DNA of 38,000 nt from a virus (Duplodnaviria; Caudoviricetes). A program made the translations under genes and the position numbers. Shown here piece after piece: positions 7,265 through 16,600 of the stretch. The stretch covers positions 1-38,000 of IMG/VR virus record IMGVR_UViG_3300020043_003657; one strand, written 5' to 3'. The notes under the pieces are model-generated. The model was given only the letters and a program-made list of their open reading frames with translations. It was not told where the DNA came from and made no database searches. The stretch's first letter is position 1. Each line of letters opens with the position of its first letter.

Positions 7265-8770
7265 ATGTCAAAACTCAAAAAGCTCAAAGATGTAACTTAC
7301 CTGCCAATCACTGATGTAGTTGTAGGCGCACGGTTAAGAAAAGATTCACCGAATGTCAAAGCTATGGTGGAGGAGATTGCTAGGTCAATCAAAGACATTG
7401 GCCCATTGCAGCCTTTGATCTTGGACGAGAAGAACAACTTAATCGACGGTGGCTGCCGCTTTGCTGCTTATAGTTTGCTTGGAGCAGATGAAGTTCCAAT
7501 TGTTCGCCGGACTCGTGTATCAGCTGGTGCGAAGTTGGCTATGGAAGTTGAGGCTAACCTTCGCCGCAGTGACTTGACGTGGCAAGAGAAAGTCGAAGCT
7601 ATTGCACGCTATCATGAGCTGAAAACACAAGGTGCAGAGGAAGAAGGTAGCGAGTGGTCTCAGCGTGCTACAGGTTCTTTGCTCAAGGTGTCCAACGCGC
7701 ATGTGAGTAACTGCGTGCAGATGTGGCCTTTCCTCAAGAAGGGAGATCCAGAGATTTTGAAGTGTAGTTCTTTGCAAGAGGCGCAAGATGTATTGCTGGA
7801 ACGCAAGAAAAAGATGGCTGTGCAACATGCGCTGGCTGTTACTGCTATGGCACAACCAGAAGTGTTGCAGCAAATCACAGAGAAGAAGACAAGTGCTGCT
7901 CCTGTAGTGTTTGCTTTGGGTAAGGGTGAAAGCCTTGTGCCAGTGCAAGTCAAAGCTGCTGCGGCTGAGGTTAGTATGAGTGTTGGTATGACTCCACCTA
8001 AAGTTGTCGATCTCTCCAAGCTTTTGTTTAACGATGATTGCACTGAGTGGATGCTGCGTGCTCCACGTGATTCTGTCGATGTCATTGTCACTGATATTCC
8101 ATACGGCGTTGACATGGCTAACATGGAAGATATGAAAGGCATTGACATGATGAAAGCGACACATGAAGTCGAGGGCAATCTTGATCTGATGCCTAAGTTT
8201 ATCAAAGGTGCATTCCATATCCTGCGCCCTAACTCTTACCTTATCTTCTTCTATGCTCTCCAGCATCATGAGAAGCTGCGTAACTGGGGTGAAGATGCAG
8301 GATTCAAGGTGCAAGACTGGCCGTTGCTGTGGCTCAAACCACACAGCTGTAAGAACAATGCGCCACAGTGCAACTGGACTAAGTCCTTTGAGCCTGTGAT
8401 GATTATGAAGAAAGGTTCTCCAACGCTCAAGACGCCAATGACCAAATGCCACATGGAAGTTGACGGGATGCCAGACAAGAAGATGCAGTCAAATCCTTTT
8501 GCCAAGCCTCTGCATTTCCTCTCCGAAATGATCTTCAAGCCGCTAGGATTAGCTCCAGGTGCTATCTGTCTTGACCCTTTCTCCGGCGAAGGTTCAATCC
8601 TTAATGCAGCTATCCTTCATGGTCTGCAACCGATCGGTATCGAGCTAGACAAAGATCGTTTCCCTTCTCTTGTCGCTCGTGTCCAGCGCACCTACGCCAA
8701 AGCCTTCAACGCTAACTGCAAATTTATCCTACCAGAATATGAGAAGCAAGAACAAGTTTCCCTCCATTGA
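7265..8770 (+). CDS. ParB-N domain, HTH and N6/N4 DNA methyltransferase fusion
   Basis: IGPLQPL...LIDGGCR (ParB), WSQRATGSLLKVSNAHVS (HTH-like), TDIPYG (motif IV) before LDPFSGEGS (motif I), the beta-class order. Confidence 0.88.
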   Translation: MSKLKKLKDVTYLPITDVVVGARLRKDSPNVKAMVEEIARSIKDIGPLQPLILDEKNNLIDGGCRFAAYSLLGADEVPIVRRTRVSAGAKLAMEVEANLRRSDLTWQEKVEAIARYHELKTQGAEEEGSEWSQRATGSLLKVSNAHVSNCVQMWPFLKKGDPEILKCSSLQEAQDVLLERKKKMAVQHALAVTAMAQPEVLQQITEKKTSAAPVVFALGKGESLVPVQVKAAAAEVSMSVGMTPPKVVDLSKLLFNDDCTEWMLRAPRDSVDVIVTDIPYGVDMANMEDMKGIDMMKATHEVEGNLDLMPKFIKGAFHILRPNSYLIFFYALQHHEKLRNWGEDAGFKVQDWPLLWLKPHSCKNNAPQCNWTKSFEPVMIMKKGSPTLKTPMTKCHMEVDGMPDKKMQSNPFAKPLHFLSEMIFKPLGLAPGAICLDPFSGEGSILNAAILHGLQPIGIELDKDRFPSLVARVQRTYAKAFNANCKFILPEYEKQEQVSLH

Positions 8771-11132
8771 TACTCCTCGGCGCTTAGCCATCGTAGCTAC
8801 ACAGCCTTCTTCCCTCGAAGGCGCAAGCTGGAATCTTCTCCAGTCTGCTTTGCAAATGCAGAATGCTACGCTGGCTAGTTGCTTTGTGGGGTATGTTAAC
8901 TTGTTCAACACTACCGAAGAACAGATTGACTTCTCATCATTTGAGATTAAAGAAAGCCTAGAGGTTCTCAATGCAGACCTCAAGACTTTTAATCCTCATT
9001 GCATATTGTATCTTGGCGAACCAGCTTTGCAGTCACAACGCATCTATCATCCGATTCATTCGTATCGAGGCAGTCTTTACTCCAACGCCCAAGGCTTCAA
9101 AAGCCTCAGCACGTTTGATCCAAAGAAAGTGTTTCGTAACTGGGACTGGTCACCACTATTCATGTTTGATGTCAAACGTGCTGTAGAGCAGTCAGAGTTT
9201 CCTGAACTCAAACTTCCTAAGCGTCGTCTCCGCGCTATGATGACAGCTCAAGATTGCATCAACTCCCTGCGTGCAATTCCCAAAGGTCAGCTCATTGCAA
9301 TCGACATCGAAGGTGGTATTCCTAACCCACAAGAAACTAAACCTGAATACCGTTTTCCTAACGGTGTGACTTGTATCTCCATTGCAACCACACCAGAAGA
9401 CGCATTCATTGTTCCGCTCAAAGACTTCTCATCCTCTACCAAAGCCGAGGTTCTTCTCGCGCTGGCTGAAGTCTTATGCAGCAGAGACTATCCTAAAGTT
9501 CTACAAAACGGACTCTATGACTGGTTCTGCTTAGCCTGGCACTTCAAGCTCCCTGTCCGTAACATTGCATGGGACACAATGTTCTCTGGCTGGGAGATGT
9601 ATCCTGAGCTTCCAAAAGGTCTAGGCACTCAGACATCGCTTTACACCCTCGAACCATTCTACAAGTTCGAGCGTAAGGTCGATGACGATATGACTCATTA
9701 CACCTACTGCTGCAAGGACTCTGCTGTGACGCTTGAAATCCAACAAGCTCACGAAAAGCATTTCACCACTAGCCAGCGTGAGCACTTCGAGTTCAACATG
9801 TCAATCATGCCAGCTTTGCAGTTTATGATGCTTAAAGGTATCATCTACGATAAGCCAGCTTCCGATCAGCGCAAGGCAGAAATCCTATCTGAGATGCACG
9901 AGTTTCAAATCTCTTGCAATACTCTTGCAGGCCGAGAGATCAATCTCAACTCTCCTAAACAAATGTGTGATCTGCTTTACAAACAGTTTCGCTTTGAACC
10001 TGTTTACAAGAAAGAAGCAGGGCGCAAGACCAACAAGCTCACAGCTAACTCTGACGCTCTTCTCAAAACAATCGTCAAGCAAGGAGCTGACGCTCATCCG
10101 TTTCTGCTTAACGCTTTGTTGTGGAAGAAACTAGAAGGTGCGCGCAAGCAGCTTGAGATCACACTGGACTATGACAAACGTGTTCGTTGCTCTTACAACA
10201 TTGTAGGCACAGACACCGGGCGTCTTTCCTGTCAAGGTTCCTCCACTGGTTCAGGTGACAACCTTCAAACTATTATGGAGGCTAACCGCAAGTTCTACAA
10301 ACCAGACCCCGGCTACCTCTTCTTTCAGTGTGACTTATCTGGTGCTGACGGTTGGACAGTTGCAGTTCACTGTGCAGAGCTTGGCGACCCTACAATGCTA
10401 GATGACTACTACGCTGGACTCAAGCCAGCTAAGATCATTGCAGCAATGCAGTCTCATGGTGCCGCTATCAACAAGCTCTCCCGTCCCGAACTCAAAGCAT
10501 TCTTCAAGTCTGCTGAGCTTGCTCCTGAAGTCTACGCCGCAGCCAAAGCCGTTCAGCACGGTTCTAACTACGGCATGAAACCACAGCGCATGTCAGAAAA
10601 CATTCTCGAAAAATCTTTCAAGAAGTCCGATGACCATCGCATTGTCTGGATTCCTCCAACCCTTTGCGCCCAGCTCCAAGCCTACTATTTCATCCGCTAC
10701 CCCGGTGTGAAGCGTTGGCAAAACTGGGTGGAAGCTGAGGTCAATCGCACCTCATCTCTTCCTTCAGCTTCTGGTCATACTCGTATCTTCTTTGGTCGTC
10801 CTCGTGACGAAGCAACCTACCGCCTAGCCTACGCACACGAACCACAGCAGAACACCACCTATGCCACTAACCTCGCAATGCGTGCTCTCTGGCGTGACCC
10901 AGAAAACCGCACATCTGACGGGTCGCTCATTATTCAACCACTTCACTCAGTCCACGATGCTTTGTGCGGTCAGTTCCCTATCGACAAAACTGAGTGGGCC
11001 GTAGAAAAAATCCGCTCTTACTTCCGCAATCCAATCCGCATCCGCAACACCGAGGTCACCATCCCATTCGAGGGCGGCGCTGGTGACTCCTGGTATCACA
11101 CCAAAGAAGACAACGCACTCGTCCGTATATGA
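8739..11132 (+). CDS. polA: DNA polymerase family A with N-terminal UDG-like and 3'-5' exonuclease domains
   Basis: Exo motifs DIE, QNGLYD, YCCKD; TGRLS; motif A CDLSGAD, motif B K-x3-HG-x2-YG, motif C VHD; probable start ATG 8739. Confidence 0.95.
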   Translation: MRSKNKFPSIDTPRRLAIVATQPSSLEGASWNLLQSALQMQNATLASCFVGYVNLFNTTEEQIDFSSFEIKESLEVLNADLKTFNPHCILYLGEPALQSQRIYHPIHSYRGSLYSNAQGFKSLSTFDPKKVFRNWDWSPLFMFDVKRAVEQSEFPELKLPKRRLRAMMTAQDCINSLRAIPKGQLIAIDIEGGIPNPQETKPEYRFPNGVTCISIATTPEDAFIVPLKDFSSSTKAEVLLALAEVLCSRDYPKVLQNGLYDWFCLAWHFKLPVRNIAWDTMFSGWEMYPELPKGLGTQTSLYTLEPFYKFERKVDDDMTHYTYCCKDSAVTLEIQQAHEKHFTTSQREHFEFNMSIMPALQFMMLKGIIYDKPASDQRKAEILSEMHEFQISCNTLAGREINLNSPKQMCDLLYKQFRFEPVYKKEAGRKTNKLTANSDALLKTIVKQGADAHPFLLNALLWKKLEGARKQLEITLDYDKRVRCSYNIVGTDTGRLSCQGSSTGSGDNLQTIMEANRKFYKPDPGYLFFQCDLSGADGWTVAVHCAELGDPTMLDDYYAGLKPAKIIAAMQSHGAAINKLSRPELKAFFKSAELAPEVYAAAKAVQHGSNYGMKPQRMSENILEKSFKKSDDHRIVWIPPTLCAQLQAYYFIRYPGVKRWQNWVEAEVNRTSSLPSASGHTRIFFGRPRDEATYRLAYAHEPQQNTTYATNLAMRALWRDPENRTSDGSLIIQPLHSVHDALCGQFPIDKTEWAVEKIRSYFRNPIRIRNTEVTIPFEGGAGDSWYHTKEDNALVRI

Positions 11133-11332
11133 TACATTACATAAACTACACTCCAGGTTCTCCAGCCTTTATCTCAGCGCATCCATGCCTGACACTAAAG
11201 ACTCAAATCTCATCAACAGATCAAAACGTACTATCTCAAATCGTCTGTAAATTCAACGACTGGCGCAGCAAAAATACCCGCAACGACCAATACGCTTCTG
11301 TCCTCAACTCCATCGCATCCACACTCTTATGA
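11129..11332 (+). CDS. hypothetical protein
   Basis: 67-aa ORF with ATGA coupling. Confidence 0.65.
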   Translation: MIHYINYTPGSPAFISAHPCLTLKTQISSTDQNVLSQIVCKFNDWRSKNTRNDQYASVLNSIASTLL

Positions 11333-11550
11333 TCTCTTCCCAAGAAGCTACACTCATGAGGCTTCACCTCCTCACACAACTTCAAAACGATCCCTTCGTT
11401 GACATCAGACAAGAAAACGTAGACAAGATGTTCACCGACTCCGAGCACCTTGAACGCTGGGCTAAAGGTAATGACACTAAGTTTGAAAAATTCAACCGCC
11501 CAGACTTTCCAACCAAATACTCACACTGGATGCGCTTTCGCAAACTATGA
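11329..11550 (+). CDS. hypothetical protein
   Basis: 73-aa ORF with ATGA coupling. Confidence 0.7.
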   Translation: MISSQEATLMRLHLLTQLQNDPFVDIRQENVDKMFTDSEHLERWAKGNDTKFEKFNRPDFPTKYSHWMRFRKL

Positions 11551-12383
11551 AACCAATGCTCGCCCACAGGTTTAACGACCACAAATCAAAGCTACCTCCA
11601 ACCTTCTTTGTCCAGCCAAAGCTCAATGGCATTCGCGCACTCTACAACAACTCTACCTTCCAATCTCGCGACGAAGTTATCTGGCATCCATCAGTCCTCG
11701 CACACCTCACTGCCCAACTCCAACTCCTCGCCCCACCCCACATTATCCTAGACGGCGAACTCTACCACCACGGTTGGTCTCTTCAAAAGATCAACAGTGC
11801 TGTCTCGGTTAACCGACTTACCCCACACAAAAACACACCAGACATTCAATACCATGTCTTTGATTTAGTTGATACGTCACAACCAAACTTACCATTCAGC
11901 TCCCGCGCTTGGATGTTAAACTCGTTGCTTGAGCGGACGATCTTGCACAACACTCCACACGTCAAGGTTGTTCCCACTATGGAGTGCACTATCCCTCTTG
12001 CTGAAGTTCAGTATGCTTTATACAAAGCTGCTGACTACGAGGGTCTTATGTATCGCCATCCCGACGCGCCTTATGGTTTGCTTCAGAATTGTGGTAACAA
12101 ACAAAATCGTTGGGCCTGTCTTCTCAAGCGCAAAGACTGGATGGACGATGACTTTGAGATTACTGACTTTGAAACTACCACAGGCGACAAAGGATTCCGA
12201 GGCTTCAAGCTCACCTGCCGCGCGCAGAATGGTAACTACTTCCGCGTTGGCAGTGGCCTTGCCTCTGAAGAAGTAGATGAGTTTGAACACACACCTCCAA
12301 TCGGCCGCAAAGCTAAAGTAAAGTATGAAATGCTATCTGACGATGGCACACCGTTAAAGCCAACTCTCGAAGCGATTATATGA
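11547..12383 (+). CDS. lig: ATP-dependent DNA ligase
   Basis: QPKLNGIR (motif I), LDGELY, YHVFD, EGLMYR, LLKRK, OB-fold VGSG. Confidence 0.95.
   Translation: MKPMLAHRFNDHKSKLPPTFFVQPKLNGIRALYNNSTFQSRDEVIWHPSVLAHLTAQLQLLAPPHIILDGELYHHGWSLQKINSAVSVNRLTPHKNTPDIQYHVFDLVDTSQPNLPFSSRAWMLNSLLERTILHNTPHVKVVPTMECTIPLAEVQYALYKAADYEGLMYRHPDAPYGLLQNCGNKQNRWACLLKRKDWMDDDFEITDFETTTGDKGFRGFKLTCRAQNGNYFRVGSGLASEEVDEFEHTPPIGRKAKVKYEMLSDDGTPLKPTLEAII
11807..11823. repeat. palindromic site 3 (GGTTAA-CCGAC-TTACCC)
   Basis: Inside the ligase gene at a moderate skew switch. Confidence 0.75.
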
Positions 12384-13654
12384 ACTTCCTTGACGACTAC
12401 GCAATCTTCTCCTCCGGCGATGAAGCCCCACCAGACTTTCACTTCTGGGCTGGACTCTCCGCCTTATCCGCCTGCTGTGGACCAAACCTTTGGTTAGACA
12501 TGGGTAAATACAACCTCCAACCTAACCTTTACATTATGCTTGTCGGACCTCCTGGCATTCGTAAATCCACAGCAAAAAACGTTGCGCAGTCAATCATTGC
12601 AGGGATTAAAAACATTCCGATGGTGCCATCTTCCATCACCAAGGAAGCATTTGTCAAAGAGCTCAGCCAAGAAAAGTCCCGTCACAAGATGGTCTATCAA
12701 TGGCTAGGCAAGCCTCGCTCTTACACCAAGGCCGCCATCATGTCAGACGAGTTTGTCAATCTTGTCTCTCATGGTGGCGATCCTCTCGGTTACATCCAGC
12801 TTCTCACAGAAATCTATAACCCCACTCCAACCTTTGAAACCACAACAATCTCACGCGGCAAAACCGAAATGCCGTATCCATACATCTCGCTCCTCGGCTG
12901 CATCACACCAGAGCTAACCTCCAATCTCATCAACCAAGGCGCGCTCTCCGGCGGATTCTCTCGACGCACTCTTTACATCTATTGCAACCGCAATGGCAAA
13001 CCTGTTCCGCGCCCTGTCCTCACCGACGATCAAGTTCACGCCAAAGATCGACTAATCCAGCGCGGTCGAATGATTCAATGTCTCAACGGTCCATTTAAGT
13101 TCTCCGACGCTGGTGATCGCTACTACACCAACTGGTATAACGAAAACTTCTATGGCCTCCAAGAAGCATCCACAACCGCTATTGCCAACTTCCTACAATC
13201 CAAAGCTGACCAAGTTCTCAAAGTTGCAATGCTGCGTCGTATAGCAGAGCACGATGATCTTATCCTTGACGTGCCAGAATTAGAGTTCGCTCGTCGCCAT
13301 GTTGACCAAGCACAAACCCACATCAACACTGTCTTTGCCGCAGCAGGACGCAATCCACACGCTGCTACCATTGCAGGCATCCTCTCCTTTGTCAATCAGC
13401 GCACTACAGTCTCCCCACACTACGTCACCGAGAAACGCATCATCGGCAACTTCATCAAAGACGCTCCATCCCAGGTTATCACCGACATCCTCAAGTCGCT
13501 AGTAAACAGCGAACCCCCACAGCTACACCTCAAAGGTCTAACTGTAGGGGTCAACCACTTGCAAGTCTATACATCACCTGCAAACCTTCCATCCTTCCTC
13601 CGCACTACCGGAGCATCCAAGGGTCAGACTCCGCCCGGTAATCTTCTAGCATAG
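12380..13654 (+). CDS. DUF3987-like P-loop NTPase (putative replicative helicase)
   Basis: PNLYIMLVGPPGIRKSTA Walker A, MSDEF Walker B, GGFSRR arginine-finger-like motif. Confidence 0.8.
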   Translation: MNFLDDYAIFSSGDEAPPDFHFWAGLSALSACCGPNLWLDMGKYNLQPNLYIMLVGPPGIRKSTAKNVAQSIIAGIKNIPMVPSSITKEAFVKELSQEKSRHKMVYQWLGKPRSYTKAAIMSDEFVNLVSHGGDPLGYIQLLTEIYNPTPTFETTTISRGKTEMPYPYISLLGCITPELTSNLINQGALSGGFSRRTLYIYCNRNGKPVPRPVLTDDQVHAKDRLIQRGRMIQCLNGPFKFSDAGDRYYTNWYNENFYGLQEASTTAIANFLQSKADQVLKVAMLRRIAEHDDLILDVPELEFARRHVDQAQTHINTVFAAAGRNPHAATIAGILSFVNQRTTVSPHYVTEKRIIGNFIKDAPSQVITDILKSLVNSEPPQLHLKGLTVGVNHLQVYTSPANLPSFLRTTGASKGQTPPGNLLA

Positions 13655-16600
13655 CTTGTCTCATCTGGCTTGCTGGACTCATTCCCATCTTTCTCATCAC
13701 CGCTTGCTTCATTGCTTCCCTTTCAGCTTCCTGCGAAGCTGGCAACCTCACTCCCATTGACTTGGCTAATTGACTTAACCCAGCAGTCGTTTGTGGTGTT
13801 GCCACTTCTCGAATGTCTTTAGGGAATGTTTTTTGTTCCTCAAAGAGTTTAACCTTATTACCAATCGAACGAATTAAATCTTCTAATTGATCTGGTGTCT
13901 CAGCTAACTTCATTGCTTCTGTGCGAAGCTTTTGTTGAGCGGCTGAGCTACCTAAAGCTAGTGCATCTTGCACACGTCGAGCCGCGTGGGATATTTCCTG
14001 TGCGGCTTTTTCGTTTCTCTTTTGAGCGATGCGAGTGAATTCACGTTCCTTGCGGACTTGAGGAGAGTTAAACCCAAGCGCAGTGCCTAACGCATTTTCG
14101 TTGCGTAGTGGAAGTTCCTCATCAAGCGCCTTAGCAATAGACCGTAAACCTGTTGGACCTCCAGCTGAGAAGGCTTTTTGTAGATCACGCTCCTGGTAGA
14201 GAGACTTGCCAAGGTTCCACATGGAGTTCATTACACCTGCGGTTGGGCCGAACAGTGAGCTAGCACTGAAGCCGTCGTAGGCATTAAAGCCAAGCAGACC
14301 GCCGATTGCAAACCTACCGTGAAGGTCAGCTGGAATACCCATGCGTTCAGCCAGCGCTGTGCTGAGTCCATGGCTAGCTGCTTGCGATAACAATGGATCA
14401 TTAGTCACACTGTCCAAGGCTTCATACATCTCACCACGAATATCATCACCTGTGAGTTCCTCTAGCAACGTTGTCAAAGCGCCAACCATAGGCATACCCA
14501 TTACACCAGCTGCTGCAAACTGAGCTCCAAGCATTGTCTTGAACGCAGAACGTGCACGCTTGATTGCCTCCGGATTATCTTTAAAACCTGCATAGCTATC
14601 TGATTTATACCCATGACGGTAGTATGTTGCTAGCTGGCTAACCCATCCAGTCGTGTAACCTTGCAGCCCGTAGAATAGATGTCCAAGCACAGCGTTGTTC
14701 TTAAACGGAAACGCTTGACGGTCTGCTTTGCCACCGCTTTTATTCACAATAGTTTCAAACAGTCCGACTTTCTGCATAGCTTCCTCGTGGCTAAGCCCGA
14801 TCTTACGATAAGAGCGATAGCCATTAAGCAAGCCCATGATGGCATTGTGACGAGTAAACAACCCGTAGAACTTCAAGCCTGTATTTGCATAAGCTGTAGC
14901 AGGTGAAGACACAGCCTGCAGCAATGACTGCTTTTGTCCAGACTCAGTGGCTTCAATCAACTTCTGTTGTTCAAACCCGACATCCGAATAAGCATAGTTC
15001 AACGGACTAGCATTGATTGCATGCTTCATCCTAAAGAGCATATCCTTTTCGTCTTTGTTCTGCCAGTCATCCCAGAGATGAACCTCTTCACCTTTGGCAA
15101 ACTTCTTCATATTGCGTTTGTAGAAACTAACAAGGTCTTTGCTAGCTCCAAGCATAATGCCCAAAGCATCCTGAGTCTTCACACCGATGTATCTCATTTC
15201 AGCAAAGTGAGTCATCACTGGCTGCATAAGTTCTGCAATGTGACCTGGAATGTTGAACCCAATAAAGTAAGCTGCATTTGCTTTACTCAACTTGCTCAAC
15301 CATTCATGGTTCTGCGTTTTAAAGTTTTCAAAACCTTGTGCAAATGTTTGCTTAGCGTCAAGATAATTATCCAGCTTAGGATTCTTCAATGCCACTCGAA
15401 CATTCGAGTCCAGCGCCGCTCTGTTCGCAGCGTAGATCGCCTTGCTCATCCACAGCATGTCTTGCTCCAACACCATCAAATCTTCAACACCTTCAGCAAA
15501 CCGTCTTTGCGCTTTAGTCGAAAACACACTTTGCGCATTCTCAGTTCGCTCAATCATTCCAACAAAGTCAATCTCTTTTTCAAGCTCAGCTTTGAACTCT
15601 TCTGGCACAGCCATTTCTTTCAATGCTAGCTTAACACGCTCCTCCATATCCTTAACCCGCACTTTCGTAGTCGAGTCAAAGACATCAGAACCTTTAGACT
15701 TAAAGTCTGTAATCCTAACACTTTGCGGTGTCCAGCCTTTAGCTCTCAGCTCAGCATCCATTCGTTCAGCTTCCTCAGCTGAGTTTGCCTGCATGTTCTT
15801 TGCAGTTTCCCCAGCTTTGATCCACTTAACTTTAATCGGTTGAAACCTACGCAAGCTACCAAAATTCGGATTCTTCTTATACTCAGCGTCTAAGAAACGA
15901 ATCTTTTCACTCTGCGCCGCAATGTAATCACCAATCTGCTTTTGCACAATCGGATCGCCCAATGCTGCAATCTCAGCTGTCACTCCAGCGTCATCACCGT
16001 TCTGCGCCATCTTCATCACTCTCTCAGACCAAAGCTTGGACTTCTCAAACTGCCCACCAAAGTCTGCATAGCTACTTTCAAACAATAGCTCATGCAACTT
16101 ATTAGCCTGCGTTTCCCACTCCTTGCTCACAATCACACCTTGCACAATTGGATTCGCTTTCTCAGCTCTTCTTACAAAGTACTCCGCGACAGCTTGCTGA
16201 GCTTCAGGCTTGAACATCCCAAACTTACCACGAAGTTCTGGTGTCATTCCTTGAACATTAAACTGCAAGCTCCCGTCAGCTCCCCTTGTAACCAAACTCT
16301 GATTCAGCATCTGCATCTCAAGGTTAATTTGACTTGCCAACTTATGCAGTTCAGGGCTATTCCTAATCCTCATCCAGCTTCCGTCTTTAGTCACACTCAA
16401 TCCTGTATGTCCATACTTACCCATACCAAGTGAAGAGAAAACCTGCGCTGTCAAATCTGCATTCAACGGACTAAAGTCTTTCATCTTCATAAACGGATCT
16501 TGCAATCCATCATACGTCGCCGCAAGACTTCCCATCCTCATCACAGTATTGTCAAACAGATAACTCAGCTTCTCTTTCCACTTTCCTGCACCACTGCTGC

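Noticed and set aside
7520-8452. Long antisense ORFs (also 14934-15629, 26464-27201, 29670-30395, 31468-32094)
   Set aside because: Shadows of well-supported genes on the opposite strand, with no recognisable motifs.
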